Made by a program: the position numbers and the translations under genes
Notes under the pieces: model-generated
The model's input: the letters and a program-made list of their open reading frames with translations, nothing else
What the model was told of the DNA's origin: nothing
The model's database searches: none
Source of the DNA: a virus
Taxonomy: Duplodnaviria; Heunggongvirae; Uroviricota; Caudoviricetes
Reading direction: 5' to 3' (one strand)
DNA: 64,000 nucleotides
IMG/VR virus record: IMGVR_UViG_3300003310_000099
Span: 309,405-373,404 of that record
Shown here: one piece after another, positions 1-8,925 of the stretch
How the letters are laid out: the number at the start of each line of letters is the position of its first letter
Position numbering within the stretch: position 1 is the first letter of the stretch

Positions 1-181
1 CGGCTGCATCACTTCCTCAAGTTGAAGCGGCCATCGGTGTCAAGTCTGGTGGCTTTGATGGGGGATGGCAGTGAAATGTTCCATAGCGTGGAACAGATCA
101 AGAACGCGATTGCGGAATTCAACGAACTGCGAAAGGTTGCTTAACCTTACAGGGTTCGCCCCCTGCTTTGGAGAATTTAAG

Positions 182-1090
182 ATGTGCAGTGTTAAGGGAT
201 GCGATAAGCCATGTGCTACAAATCGCAAGATGTGCGAACAGCATTTGGAAATATATCGTAATCGCTCAAAAAAAGTAATACAACAATATATTGCAGATGG
301 AAAATGCAGATATTGTCCTCAATTAAGGTTGCCTAATTTCCAAGTATGTGAAATGCACCTTTTGAAAAATAGGGCAAAATGTAAACTTCGTGGTGAAAAG
401 CTAAGGCAAGAAGTTTTTGACCACTATGGAAAGCAATGTGTCTGTTGCGGCGAGTCAGAAATTAAGTTCTTGACCATCGACCATATCGGGAACGATGGCA
501 GCACTCATCGTAAGAAGGAAAAGGTTGGGTCGGGAGGCAGTTTCTATGCTTGGTTAAAAAGAAATAATTTTCCTTCTGGCTTTCAAGTTCTTTGCTGGAA
601 TTGCAACGCGGCCAAGGGGCTATACGGTTCTTGCCCACATAACTTAGCTGTACCGAGTAAACATATGAACAATAAAATTCTCGTCATCATGCAGGGGCAC
701 AGTGGTTCAGGTAAGTCTACCTTGGCGAAACAAATCGCCAAGGTAATTGACGCAGAAATCTTCTCCACGGATGAACTTTTCATTGTAAACGGAGTTTATA
801 AATTTGACCCTTCAAAATTAGGATTCTTCCACAAGAAGAACCTTGATAATTGCATTGCAGCAATGAAGAGGGGCGTGAATGTTGTGTGCGACAACACAAA
901 CATTCGTCAATGGGAAGCTAAAGGGTATGTGGAAGCTGCCCTTGATTTGGGTTTTGAGGTTAAATTCATTCGAGCAACTGGAAACTTTCAGAACGTGCAT
1001 GGCGTGCCGAATGACAAGGTTGAGCAGATGCGTGCGCGGCTGGAAGACTTGACGGTGGAAAGTGTCATGGCGAGCAAGAAGCCTTTTTAG
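182..1090 (+). CDS. HNH endonuclease reading frame running in-frame through the motif into the downstream kinase
   Basis: CVCCG..LTIDHIGNDG..LCWNCNAAK HNH/Zn signature; SD GGAG before ATG 182; more AT-rich than neighbouring cassettes. Confidence 0.75.
   Translation: MCSVKGCDKPCATNRKMCEQHLEIYRNRSKKVIQQYIADGKCRYCPQLRLPNFQVCEMHLLKNRAKCKLRGEKLRQEVFDHYGKQCVCCGESEIKFLTIDHIGNDGSTHRKKEKVGSGGSFYAWLKRNNFPSGFQVLCWNCNAAKGLYGSCPHNLAVPSKHMNNKILVIMQGHSGSGKSTLAKQIAKVIDAEIFSTDELFIVNGVYKFDPSKLGFFHKKNLDNCIAAMKRGVNVVCDNTNIRQWEAKGYVEAALDLGFEVKFIRATGNFQNVHGVPNDKVEQMRARLEDLTVESVMASKKPF
665..1090 (+). CDS. P-loop polynucleotide kinase-like protein (AAA_33/N4BP2-like)
   Basis: Walker A GHSGSGKST; STD, VCDNTN and NVHGVP..VEQMR motifs; own ATG 6 nt after the motif at 643. 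Confidence 0.8.
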   Translation: MNNKILVIMQGHSGSGKSTLAKQIAKVIDAEIFSTDELFIVNGVYKFDPSKLGFFHKKNLDNCIAAMKRGVNVVCDNTNIRQWEAKGYVEAALDLGFEVKFIRATGNFQNVHGVPNDKVEQMRARLEDLTVESVMASKKPF

Positions 1091-1138
1091 CTTAGCTGTA
1101 CCAAGTCAGTTGTGAGATTACTCTAACTGGAGCGACCG

Positions 1139-1477
1139 ATGAACGACCTGGAAAATGACGGGAACGAAAAAGACCTGTTGGATGAACTCATGGAAGAGAC
1201 GCCGACCAAGGGCGCGCTACTGCAATTCGATGACCTGGAAGCTGGTCAGTTGATTTGCGTCCACAGTATCAAGGGCAGCAATGATGCTGCTCCGATCATG
1301 GGGCAGGCGATGACGGTCAACGCCGTTTGCTTCCCGTTCTTCGTGGCGTCACTTTACGCGAATGGGGAAGTGCTGACGCTGGACGTGCGTTTCCTCAATC
1401 TCATGAAGTGCAACAAGGAATTCGCGGAAGCTCAGAAGAAGGCTGCAATGGCCCATAAGCGTGGGCCACAAGCCTAA
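1139..1477 (+). CDS. hypothetical protein
   Basis: Motif 1091 + SD CTGGAG + 112-aa ORF. Confidence 0.8.
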   Translation: MNDLENDGNEKDLLDELMEETPTKGALLQFDDLEAGQLICVHSIKGSNDAAPIMGQAMTVNAVCFPFFVASLYANGEVLTLDVRFLNLMKCNKEFAEAQKKAAMAHKRGPQA

Positions 1478-1591
1478 ACCACATAGGCATTTGTGTCCTG
1501 TGACCTTCATGGTCTATGGCACAATGTAAGACCTATTCTTGCTTATACCTTAGCTGTACTGAGTTGAGTGTAACTAAACTTGGGGGAGCTA

Positions 1592-1734
1592 TGGAAACGA
1601 ACTTCTGCGATTACTGTCATCAGCCGTGTGGCCAACGTCGCTTCTGCGATGAAGTGTGCTATGAGGAGTATGAGAACGAGTACGCTGCATTCATGGAATG
1701 CGTGCGGGAAGAGAATCACGACACTGACGATTGA
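1592..1734 (+). CDS. small Cys-rich (Zn-finger-like) protein
   Basis: METNFCDYCHQPCGQRRFCDEVC; SD GGAG after motif 1549. Confidence 0.7.
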
Positions 1735-1740
1735 ATCATG

Positions 1741-1872
1741 GTCCCTGTAGTGTAATGGTAGCACGGGTTTAACCGTTTTCTAATGGTGGCTATAGACGCC
1801 ATGTAGAACGGCATAGTGCGCACTATGTTGCGAGGTGAAAACCAAGTGTGGCGTCGAAACCCACCAGGGGCA
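1741..1872 (+). ncRNA. tRNA-like RNA with a 68-nt structured insertion in the anticodon loop
   Basis: Acceptor GTCCCTG/CAGGGGC+A; D arm GTGT-AATGGTA-GCAC; anticodon stem GGTTT(1766-70)/AAACC(1839-43); degenerate T arm GTGGC-GTCGAAA-CCCAC; no encoded CCA. Confidence 0.65.
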
Positions 1873-1954
1873 GCCTATACCTTAGCTGTACCAAGTCCAT
1901 TGTAATCGCCCGCGTGTTGCTCCGAGCGAATCGGAGCCTATTTGGAGAATGGCC

Positions 1955-2209
1955 ATGCGGTACGCTGATCGTTTTTGTCAGTACACGGAATCGTTCGAGA
2001 ACGGTCACGTCTACATTTTCACTGGTCCGTGTGTGGTCACGGGCAAGCCTGTTACGGTCAAAGTGCCCGCCGAGGGGCTGTTTGCCTATCGGTCTGGTGC
2101 CCACATTCAGGACGCCTTCCCCACCCTATCCTCTGATGACCGTGAATTCCTCATGAGTGGGATAAGCAAGGAAGCGTGGGATGAGACTTTCAGTGGGGAA
2201 GAGGAGTAA
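1955..2209 (+). CDS. hypothetical phage protein
   Basis: SD GGAG, motif 1881 upstream; IQDAFPTLSSDDREFLMSG. Confidence 0.75.
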   Translation: MRYADRFCQYTESFENGHVYIFTGPCVVTGKPVTVKVPAEGLFAYRSGAHIQDAFPTLSSDDREFLMSGISKEAWDETFSGEEE

Positions 2210-2254
2210 TCCTTAGCTGTACCAAGTTCGTTAACTAAACTCTGGAGAACAGCT

Positions 2255-2482
2255 ATGTCAGTGATCGAAAAGATTCAGGCTGATTTCGCGGCTGCGGGCT
2301 ATCAGTGGCAGGAACACATCTACAACGATGGTTTGCCTGGATGTAGCATCATGTTCACCAAGGACAAGAATCCTCACTATTTCGCTGAACACCCATGCGG
2401 TGATTTTGGGTGGGGCCGCTTTGAACGCTGGTGGGCATGGGCACAGGCTCATGAATGGTTGCTGAAAAGGCAAGCAGCATAG
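2255..2482 (+). CDS. hypothetical protein
   Basis: Motif 2212 + SD; stop codon abuts the next motif. Confidence 0.75.
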   Translation: MSVIEKIQADFAAAGYQWQEHIYNDGLPGCSIMFTKDKNPHYFAEHPCGDFGWGRFERWWAWAQAHEWLLKRQAA

Positions 2483-2527
2483 CTTAGCTGTACCAAGTCT
2501 TTTGTAATCACCTTTACTGGAGCAATC

Positions 2528-2971
2528 ATGTATCAGCAGTATCCGAGGGACTTGGTTGTTAGCACGCCGTTGGGTTCGGTCAAGGTGGCTATCACTGATG
2601 ATAAGCACGCCTACGTTGAAAGCAATGACGTGCTTATCATCAGTGGCAAGCCGATTCGGGTTACGCTGCACATTTTCCTACGGGATGGGCAGTGGACCGA
2701 CAAGAACGAGAACGGGCGCAGCACGATCTACGCCAAAAAGCCCGACGTGTGGACCAATGATGAGGCAACGCCACTCCAAAAGGAAAAGGCAATCAAGGCA
2801 GTGGTGCCGACTGTGGGCAACTTCATCAATGCCAATGCCCATTTGCTGAAACAGGCACAAGCGGCACACGTTGCTAACGCTGTGGAAACGCTGGAAGGCC
2901 GCATTGCCGACAAGCGTAAGGAAATCGAAGAAATGGAAAAGGAAATCGCTGACCTGAAGGCGACTCTGTAA
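2528..2971 (+). CDS. hypothetical protein with C-terminal coiled coil
   Basis: Motif 2483 + SD CTGGAG. Confidence 0.8.
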   Translation: MYQQYPRDLVVSTPLGSVKVAITDDKHAYVESNDVLIISGKPIRVTLHIFLRDGQWTDKNENGRSTIYAKKPDVWTNDEATPLQKEKAIKAVVPTVGNFINANAHLLKQAQAAHVANAVETLEGRIADKRKEIEEMEKEIADLKATL

Positions 2972-3019
2972 TAGCTTAGCTGTACTGAGTACAGTGTAAC
3001 CTTACTACGGAGAACGAAA

Positions 3020-3223
3020 ATGCAGGTCATCGACACTCCCGAAGGAATTCGTGCCTATCGTCTGTTGGCTTTGCGGGCCGCTTTGGGACTGGAAGTCAAG
3101 GGGCTGAAAGGGCGAGTGAACGCCTACGCCACAATCAAAAAGGAATTCGGCCTCAAGGGAACCAAGGCAAAGGTCTATGCCTTGTATGAGGCCAAGTTGC
3201 AGGAAATGGGGATTCTTAGCTGA
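3020..3223 (+). CDS. hypothetical protein
   Basis: Motif 2975 + SD GGAG. Confidence 0.75.
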   Translation: MQVIDTPEGIRAYRLLALRAALGLEVKGLKGRVNAYATIKKEFGLKGTKAKVYALYEAKLQEMGILS

Positions 3224-3247
3224 GCGGAGGGCAGAAATCCTCCCAAG

Positions 3248-3308
3248 ACGGGGAACCATAGGGTAAGAGCGGTGCTGGCTTAGGCCAAGAACCTCTATGG
3301 TTCCCCGT
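3248..3308. other. Long intergenic stem-loop with nested hairpin
   Basis: acggggaaccatag pairs with ctatggttccccgt (14 bp perfect); the loop contains tggc-ttag-gcca. Confidence 0.7.
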
Positions 3309-3352
3309 AATTAGCTTAGCTGTACCAAGTAAAGCATAACCCTGGAGAAACC

Positions 3353-3538
3353 ATGTTGGAAAGCTGGATTCTGGCTCGTTACGATCTGAATTACGAGATT
3401 GCTGTTGATGAGGGTCATCAGGAAGAGGCAAGCCGCATTGCTTGGGAGTGGACTGAGAAAGAGTACACTCGGATGTTTCATCGGGTCAAGGGCCAGAAAC
3501 AGGCGCAGCAGCAGGAAGAAATCGCCCTCCGCGATTAG
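3353..3538 (+). CDS. hypothetical protein
   Basis: Motif 3315 + SD. Confidence 0.7.
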   Translation: MLESWILARYDLNYEIAVDEGHQEEASRIAWEWTEKEYTRMFHRVKGQKQAQQQEEIALRD

Positions 3539-3584
3539 CTTAGCTGTACCAAGTTCATTGTAACCTACCTTTTGGAGAATGGTC

Positions 3585-3893
3585 ATGGATACGCTGGAAC
3601 TTGCTTCGGCCCCCGTTGGTGAAGAGTGCGCTCAACTCGGTAGTCCCGACTATTACGAGCGGGCAAAGAAGGAATGCAACGCTTTCATTGGCCAACTTCG
3701 CCGTAAGTTCGGCAAAGAGCCAGTCGGCGCAAGGCTTTACGTCAAGGCCAACGCACATGACTTCGGGAGCTATTACGAAGTGGCGTGCAAATTTGACGGA
3801 AGCAATCAAGAGGCAATCGAGTACGCTTTCGATCTTGAGGCCAATCTGCCCGAAAATTGGGACAAACAGGCCAAGAGCGAACTTGGGTTGTAG
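3585..3893 (+). CDS. hypothetical phage protein
   Basis: Motif 3539 + SD; NAHDFGSYYEV. Confidence 0.8.
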   Translation: MDTLELASAPVGEECAQLGSPDYYERAKKECNAFIGQLRRKFGKEPVGARLYVKANAHDFGSYYEVACKFDGSNQEAIEYAFDLEANLPENWDKQAKSELGL

Positions 3894-3969
3894 GGTTCAG
3901 GGTTCGCCCACCCTGCTTAACCTTAGCTGTACTGAGTTGGTTAAATCCCAAGGCTCGGAGTGTCTGGCG

Positions 3970-4437
3970 ATGATTAACACGGCGGAAGAAATGATTCGGG
4001 TAGTTCTCGATGAAATCGGCCTTCAAAGCAGCTTAGCTGAGATTCGGAACCGAGTGGTCCAATCTCTGAACGAAATTAGAAAGAAATCGGCAACGGAAAG
4101 GATATTGCGTGAAATGGCTAAAGTTTGGGAGAGTTTTGCAAGAGGAGAACAGACATATGAGGCATGTCTGAAAAAAATCGAGCTATGGGCTGCGTTTATT
4201 TGGCAGGCCAATGACGACTCTGGGTATCTGTATGAGGGTTGCACATTAAACCCCGACCACATTTGGCATGAGTGGTGTGCCTGGATTTATGTCGCAAATC
4301 CAGAAGGGTATAGTGTTGGTTATCCGAGTCTGGCATATTGTTGCCAGATCAGGAAGAAGGTGCAGAGGGAACGTGGCGAGGAATACGACTGCCGTACCTA
4401 TGAAGGTCAACCCGACCGCAATATGATTCTGGTCTGA
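3970..4437 (+). CDS. hypothetical protein
   Basis: Start MINTAEE after motif 3922 and SD GGAG; the upstream extension in the ORF track is spurious. Confidence 0.7.
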   Translation: MINTAEEMIRVVLDEIGLQSSLAEIRNRVVQSLNEIRKKSATERILREMAKVWESFARGEQTYEACLKKIELWAAFIWQANDDSGYLYEGCTLNPDHIWHEWCAWIYVANPEGYSVGYPSLAYCCQIRKKVQRERGEEYDCRTYEGQPDRNMILV

Positions 4438-4490
4438 CCAACAGGGTTCGCCCACCCTGCTTTACAAACCTTAGCTGTACCGAGTACATC

Positions 4491-5585
4491 ATGAACACTC
4501 AAGAATATCTGCGTAACGGCAAGACGTTGGAAGACTTGACCTCTGAGTTTCACATCAACGTCACGAAGCACGATACGTTGCCGTTGGTCATCCTGAACTA
4601 CGATCAGATTGAGTCGCCTAAGACTCATCCGATTGTGCGGGAATGCCGTGGTTTGGTTCTCAACTCTGAGGACTATTCGCTGGTGGCGCGGGCTTTCGGA
4701 CGGTTTTTCAATTGGGGTGAAGTGGCGGATGAGATGCCGTTGTTCGATTGGGATTCGTGCGTAGCTCACGAAAAGGTTGACGGTTCGCTGGTTCTCATCT
4801 ACTACTTCGATGGACGTTGGCACGCGAATACGCGAGGCTCGTTCGCTGGTTGGCCGCTGTTCAACGATGAATATGTGGCGAAGTATTACGGTTTGCCGAC
4901 GACGTTCAAGTGGTCCGATGGTTTCCTCAAGGCTTTAGGTGTCAATTCCCTTGAAGAGTTGAACCTTGACAAGTCGTTGACGTATGTATGCGAGTTTTGT
5001 TCGCTCTGGAACAAGGTAGTTCGGACGTACAATGAACCGTGTATGTATATGTTGACGCGGTTTGCGGGCATGGAGGAAATCGGGCCGACGTATCATCCGA
5101 ACTTCAAGACGCTGGGGGCTTATCCGTTGAAGTCTGTACAGGATGTGCAGTCGTTTGTGATGGATCATCCCGAAGCGACTTTCGAGGGTGTAGTCGTCAA
5201 GGATGATGCGCACCGACGTTGGAAGTTGAAGAATCCGCGATACGTTGCGTTGCACCACATGAAGGGGAACGGTACGGAAATCTTCAAGCCTAAGAACTTG
5301 ATGCCGTACATCCTCAAGAATGAGGGCGACGAATTGCTGACGTACTTCCCCGAAGTCAAGGATGTGTTTGCGGAGTACAAGGGCAAGGTTGACGATGCCT
5401 ACAACGTCCTAGAAACGCTCTGGAAGGCGAATAAGGATATTCCCGTCCAAAAGGATTTTGCGTTGTCTATCGTGGGCAAGACGCCGTTTACTTCAGTTCT
5501 GTTCAATCTCCGCAAGCAAGGGGGAACGTTGCGGGATGAATGGATGAAGCACGGGGATGGCATTCTGAAAGTGTTGTTCAAGTAG
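4491..5585 (+). CDS. T4 Rnl1-like RNA ligase
   Basis: ECRGLVL, RFFNWGE, motif I HEKVDGSL, motif IV FEGVVV, motif V KLKNPRYVALHH. Confidence 0.85.
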   Translation: MNTQEYLRNGKTLEDLTSEFHINVTKHDTLPLVILNYDQIESPKTHPIVRECRGLVLNSEDYSLVARAFGRFFNWGEVADEMPLFDWDSCVAHEKVDGSLVLIYYFDGRWHANTRGSFAGWPLFNDEYVAKYYGLPTTFKWSDGFLKALGVNSLEELNLDKSLTYVCEFCSLWNKVVRTYNEPCMYMLTRFAGMEEIGPTYHPNFKTLGAYPLKSVQDVQSFVMDHPEATFEGVVVKDDAHRRWKLKNPRYVALHHMKGNGTEIFKPKNLMPYILKNEGDELLTYFPEVKDVFAEYKGKVDDAYNVLETLWKANKDIPVQKDFALSIVGKTPFTSVLFNLRKQGGTLRDEWMKHGDGILKVLFK

Positions 5586-5642
5586 TATCGAGGGCAGGGG
5601 AAAGCCAACCCTGCCCATTACCTTAGCTGTACCAAGGTGAAT

Positions 5643-5834
5643 ATGAAAACCAAAACAGTTTACGTCTGCGTCAAAGTCAAGGTGGAAATACCCGACGTGC
5701 TTCCCGAAGACGTGGAGGATGCAGTCAACCTTGTAGTCAATGAACTTGACTACACCATGTCTTACGATCAGGATGGCATCAAGATCGTGGGCACGGAAAT
5801 CATGGGCACGGTTGAGGCGGATTCAATTATCTAA
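5643..5834 (+). CDS. hypothetical protein
   Basis: ATG 5 nt after motif 5622. Confidence 0.7.
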   Translation: MKTKTVYVCVKVKVEIPDVLPEDVEDAVNLVVNELDYTMSYDQDGIKIVGTEIMGTVEADSII

Positions 5835-5907
5835 GTCAGGGTATCGCCCACCCTGCTTAACCTTAGCTGTACCAAGTCCAATGCAACCAAACTCATTGGA
5901 GTCAAGT

Positions 5908-6120
5908 ATGTTTAACTTGATCGCAATCGCTGCCAGGTCACTTGGCCACCCGACCACTGGTGACTTCGCTTTCGCTCTATGGGAAATGTGCAGCGGCAAC
6001 CGCCTGGACGTTCGGGACGCCAAGGCGTTGTATGAGGCGTGCGGTTATCTTCCTTTCAACGGGTATCCACTAACAAGGGCAACAAATGGGTTGGCAACGG
6101 AAACAGAACGACAAGCGTAA
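5908..6120 (+). CDS. hypothetical protein
   Basis: Motif 5862 + SD GGAG; start MFNLIA. Confidence 0.6.
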   Translation: MFNLIAIAARSLGHPTTGDFAFALWEMCSGNRLDVRDAKALYEACGYLPFNGYPLTRATNGLATETERQA

Positions 6121-6232
6121 GCTGAACGGGCAAAAGGATTGGACGCGAGAACAAAAGGAACAGGTCAAGCGGTTTCTCAAACAGTATCCGCAAGGAGCGC
6201 AAGATGAACGACAGCAACGAAAAGCTGGATGA
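6086..6232 (+). CDS. small basic hypothetical protein (48 aa)
   Basis: Manual translation MGWQRKQNDKRK...; below the ORF-track cutoff. Confidence 0.45.
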   Translation: MGWQRKQNDKRKLNGQKDWTREQKEQVKRFLKQYPQGAQDERQQRKAG

Positions 6233-6263
6233 TCTTTGGATTGACATTGGCGGCGAAGGCTAA
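6204..6263 (+). CDS. 19-aa peptide MNDSNEKLDDLWIDIGGEG
   Basis: Strong SD AAGGAG; stop codon 2 nt before motif 6266. Confidence 0.55.
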   Translation: MNDSNEKLDDLWIDIGGEG

Positions 6264-6419
6264 ATCTTAGCTGTACCAAGTAGAATGTAACTCAAGTGAA
6301 CCTTAATGAAAGGAAGCTATATTGCGTATAGTTTAGCCCAGAAGTAGCTCATTAGTTGGAAGTGGGACTAATGAGTGTGGGGCCTTACCACTACTAGCTT
6401 TCTCTTACCTGGAGCAACC

Positions 6420-6596
6420 ATGTTGAAGATTTACACTCAGGACCACGGTTACAGTGGCATGATTGTTGCAGTCGCCAAGAATGAGGCGGATGCAAGGAAG
6501 ATCATGAAAGCTGCCGCCAACTACTATGAACATACGCCAGTTGAGGAACATGAAATCAAGGAAGGTTTCATGGAATACAATATGGGTGACGGCTAA
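6420..6596 (+). CDS. hypothetical protein
   Basis: SD CTGGAG; long structured leader after motif 6266. Confidence 0.7.
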   Translation: MLKIYTQDHGYSGMIVAVAKNEADARKIMKAAANYYEHTPVEEHEIKEGFMEYNMGDG

Positions 6597-6641
6597 ACCT
6601 TAGCTGTACCTAGTTAATTGTAACCTAACTGGAGCCAACAC

Positions 6642-6845
6642 ATGGCGAAGCTGACGAATGCGGAACGGGAACAGTGGATCAACAACGATGAGGGTCTGTA
6701 TGACTGGAAACGGTCGTCAAGGCTCTCAATGCGGGAGTTCATCAAGCAGAACAAGGAAGAGATTGACCAGTGCATCAACAACGTGCTGGGCAACAAACAG
6801 CCTGCCCATTACCTCAAGTATGGGCGCTACCCTACATGGCGGTAG
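6642..6845 (+). CDS. hypothetical phage protein
   Basis: Motif 6599 + SD; WINNDEGLYDW. Confidence 0.75.
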   Translation: MAKLTNAEREQWINNDEGLYDWKRSSRLSMREFIKQNKEEIDQCINNVLGNKQPAHYLKYGRYPTWR

Positions 6846-6874
6846 CATCAATCCCAACGCTTGGAGTTCATCCC

Positions 6875-7066
6875 GTGGAAAACGAATTCGATCTTTACAT
6901 CATCATGGCACACGCTGAACATTTGCGGCGTCAGTTGCTGAACAACGAAAAGCCCGATGCGTGGCGTATCAAGCGGCTGAGTGAATTGGCTCAAAACATC
7001 GAACGCGAGTACGATGAGCAATACCAAAAGTGGTGCGATGAGCAAGAGCTTAGCTGTACCGAGTGA
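6875..7066 (+). CDS. hypothetical protein; C-terminus reads through the motif (LSCTE)
   Basis: SD GGAG + GTG. Confidence 0.6.
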   Translation: MENEFDLYIIMAHAEHLRRQLLNNEKPDAWRIKRLSELAQNIEREYDEQYQKWCDEQELSCTE

Positions 7067-7093
7067 GTTGTGATAACTCAAGCGGAGAGTACC

Positions 7094-7318
7094 ATGAAGC
7101 TGGACCCGACTGGTTGCATCGACACGAACAACGGCAAGGGTTACTTTCAGGTCCGCGACAATTGGGAAGGCAACGGCTATCGCCTCTACTTCGGGGGCGA
7201 TAGGTATGTCTCTCAGGTGGACGGTGAAATCAATGGCAAGGTTTACCGTACCATTAAGGCGGCAAAAGCTGATTGCTTCCGTCGCTTCAAGCTAGAAGCG
7301 AAGCGTGTCTATGACTGA
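7094..7318 (+). CDS. hypothetical protein
   Basis: Motif 7049 + SD. Confidence 0.7.
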   Translation: MKLDPTGCIDTNNGKGYFQVRDNWEGNGYRLYFGGDRYVSQVDGEINGKVYRTIKAAKADCFRRFKLEAKRVYD

Positions 7319-7514
7319 TGCCTTCAAGTCTATAGATAAACTCTGTAGACTTTATGGCACTAACTTCTACATTCAAGTTTCCGAGTGTTCCATTGGCATC
7401 TACAACGTGCCAGATGATGACTTCCATATCTTCACTTGGAGCGAAAATCGCTATGTTCTGACCAACATACAAGACTATATCCCCAATTGGCTATCCAACA
7501 AAGTGGGGATATAG
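7311..7514 (+). CDS. hypothetical protein
   Basis: Overlaps the previous stop; ends at motif 7515. Confidence 0.55.
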   Translation: MTDAFKSIDKLCRLYGTNFYIQVSECSIGIYNVPDDDFHIFTWSENRYVLTNIQDYIPNWLSNKVGI

Positions 7515-7563
7515 CCTAGCTGTACCAAGTCCATTGTAATTCAAATCACTTTGGAGAATGGTC

Positions 7564-7815
7564 ATGACTGACAGCGTTGCCAAGATTGCCCGTGTCAACC
7601 CGACCTTGGCCAACAAGATCAACGCACAATTCACCTTCCTCACCAATGAGGACATTGCCGAAGTCGAGAAAATCGACCGCATGATGATGGTGCTGGTGCG
7701 TTGCGGCAATGGCCGATTCGTCTGCCCCGTTCAGAACGCACTACACTTCTGCAACATCATCGACAAGGAAGGCACCGACTACGTTCGGGATATGAGCTTC
7801 CCAAGTAATGGGTAG
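7564..7815 (+). CDS. hypothetical protein
   Basis: Motif 7515 + SD. Confidence 0.75.
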   Translation: MTDSVAKIARVNPTLANKINAQFTFLTNEDIAEVEKIDRMMMVLVRCGNGRFVCPVQNALHFCNIIDKEGTDYVRDMSFPSNG

Positions 7816-7886
7816 AACAGGGTTCGCCCACCCTGCTTAAACCTTAGCTGTACTGAGTGTAATGTAACTCATTCAGGAGGACTTCA

Positions 7887-8102
7887 ATGGCTCAGTGCTG
7901 CGGCGAAGAAATGTACAAGGACTGCAACGGCCAACCGCGTTGTGAACAGTGCCAACCGCCGTGTCCGTGTTGCTATGATGGCGGCATGGATGACCAAGAG
8001 GAAGAAGAAGAATTTTGGCTGACGTGTCTGGATGAGATGGATGCACGATACCGTAAAGGAACGAAAAATGGAAACTCCGCTCCAGAAGCTGCCATTCGAT
8101 GA
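7887..8102 (+). CDS. Cys-rich acidic small protein
   Basis: SD AGGAGG; CCG..C..CEQC..CPCC. Confidence 0.65.
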   Translation: MAQCCGEEMYKDCNGQPRCEQCQPPCPCCYDGGMDDQEEEEEFWLTCLDEMDARYRKGTKNGNSAPEAAIR

Positions 8103-8265
8103 AGCCCTGTACCAGACATTCAATTTCGTTAGCAAAATGTCTGAGTCAATGGATGCTACGTTTACTGATGATGAACGGGCAGCTGTCAAGATCACTTCAC
8201 GCATACTCGCCCAAATGGTTGTGGAAATGCACGACGATACCTTAGCTGTACCTAGTAAGTTGTAA
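8068..8265 (+). CDS. hypothetical protein; C-terminus reads through the motif (LAVPSKL)
   Basis: SD AAGGA. Confidence 0.55.
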   Translation: METPLQKLPFDEALYQTFNFVSKMSESMDATFTDDERAAVKITSRILAQMVVEMHDDTLAVPSKL

Positions 8266-8288
8266 CCCAACCCCAAACGGAGAGTGCC

Positions 8289-8420
8289 ATGTACGAAGTC
8301 ATCCACAAGGGTCGCAGCTTGTTCCGCAACGTCAGCATCGAGCGTTGCCGTCAGTTCATCGCACGGCACAATCTCAGTGGGGCTATCATTCAGCCCCTCA
8401 GTCAAATGTTGGCTGCTTAA
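8289..8420 (+). CDS. small hypothetical protein (43 aa)
   Basis: Motif 8241 + SD GGAG; MYEVIHKGRSLF. Confidence 0.6.
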   Translation: MYEVIHKGRSLFRNVSIERCRQFIARHNLSGAIIQPLSQMLAA

Positions 8421-8466
8421 CTCCAGGGTTCGCCCCCCCTGCGCCACATCTATTAAGGAGCCAAAC

Positions 8467-8649
8467 ATGTATGAGGGTGAAGCCGATTACGTTCCCTACT
8501 TCTGGGAACGCAAGACACCAGTGCAGACCGTTGGCAAGGTGCGTATCTACCTTGTCCAAGACGAAGCTGCACAATTCGATGATCTGATGGGACGAAGCCA
8601 ACTCAACTTGGCCGAATGTTCCAACGGCAAGGTCATGGAAATAGCTTAG
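8467..8649 (+). CDS. hypothetical protein
   Basis: SD AAGGAG; MYEGEADYVPYFW. Confidence 0.65.
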   Translation: MYEGEADYVPYFWERKTPVQTVGKVRIYLVQDEAAQFDDLMGRSQLNLAECSNGKVMEIA

Positions 8650-8689
8650 CTGTACCTAGTTAATTGTAACCTTACTCTGGAGCAAACAC

Positions 8690-8881
8690 ATGCAGGTACA
8701 TCTTTACGGCAAGCCTCTGGTTGAGGGGAAGACTGTGACGCTGGACCATACGGTTCAGAAGTTCGAGATTCTGATTCGCTCCATGAGTGGGGTTCATGCA
8801 CAACGCTTGAAAGACCTCATTCAGAAGCAGTTTGAGGTCGTCAAGATCAAGGAAGTGGACAGCATTTCTTACGTCATCTAA
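8690..8881 (+). CDS. hypothetical protein
   Basis: Motif 8645 + SD. Confidence 0.7.
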   Translation: MQVHLYGKPLVEGKTVTLDHTVQKFEILIRSMSGVHAQRLKDLIQKQFEVVKIKEVDSISYVI

Positions 8882-8925
8882 GGGGCAGGGTCGCCCACCC
8901 TGCTTAAACCTTACGGAGTCCTACC

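Noticed and set aside
1741-1872. Calling this a functional tRNA with a defined anticodon, or a tmRNA
   Set aside because: No 7-nt loop with U33 can be assigned confidently, the T arm is degenerate, and it is too short for tmRNA.
3601-3969. N-terminal extension of the 278-aa ORF
   Set aside because: It overlaps the real gene 3585-3893, the hairpin and the motif; the supported start is 3970.
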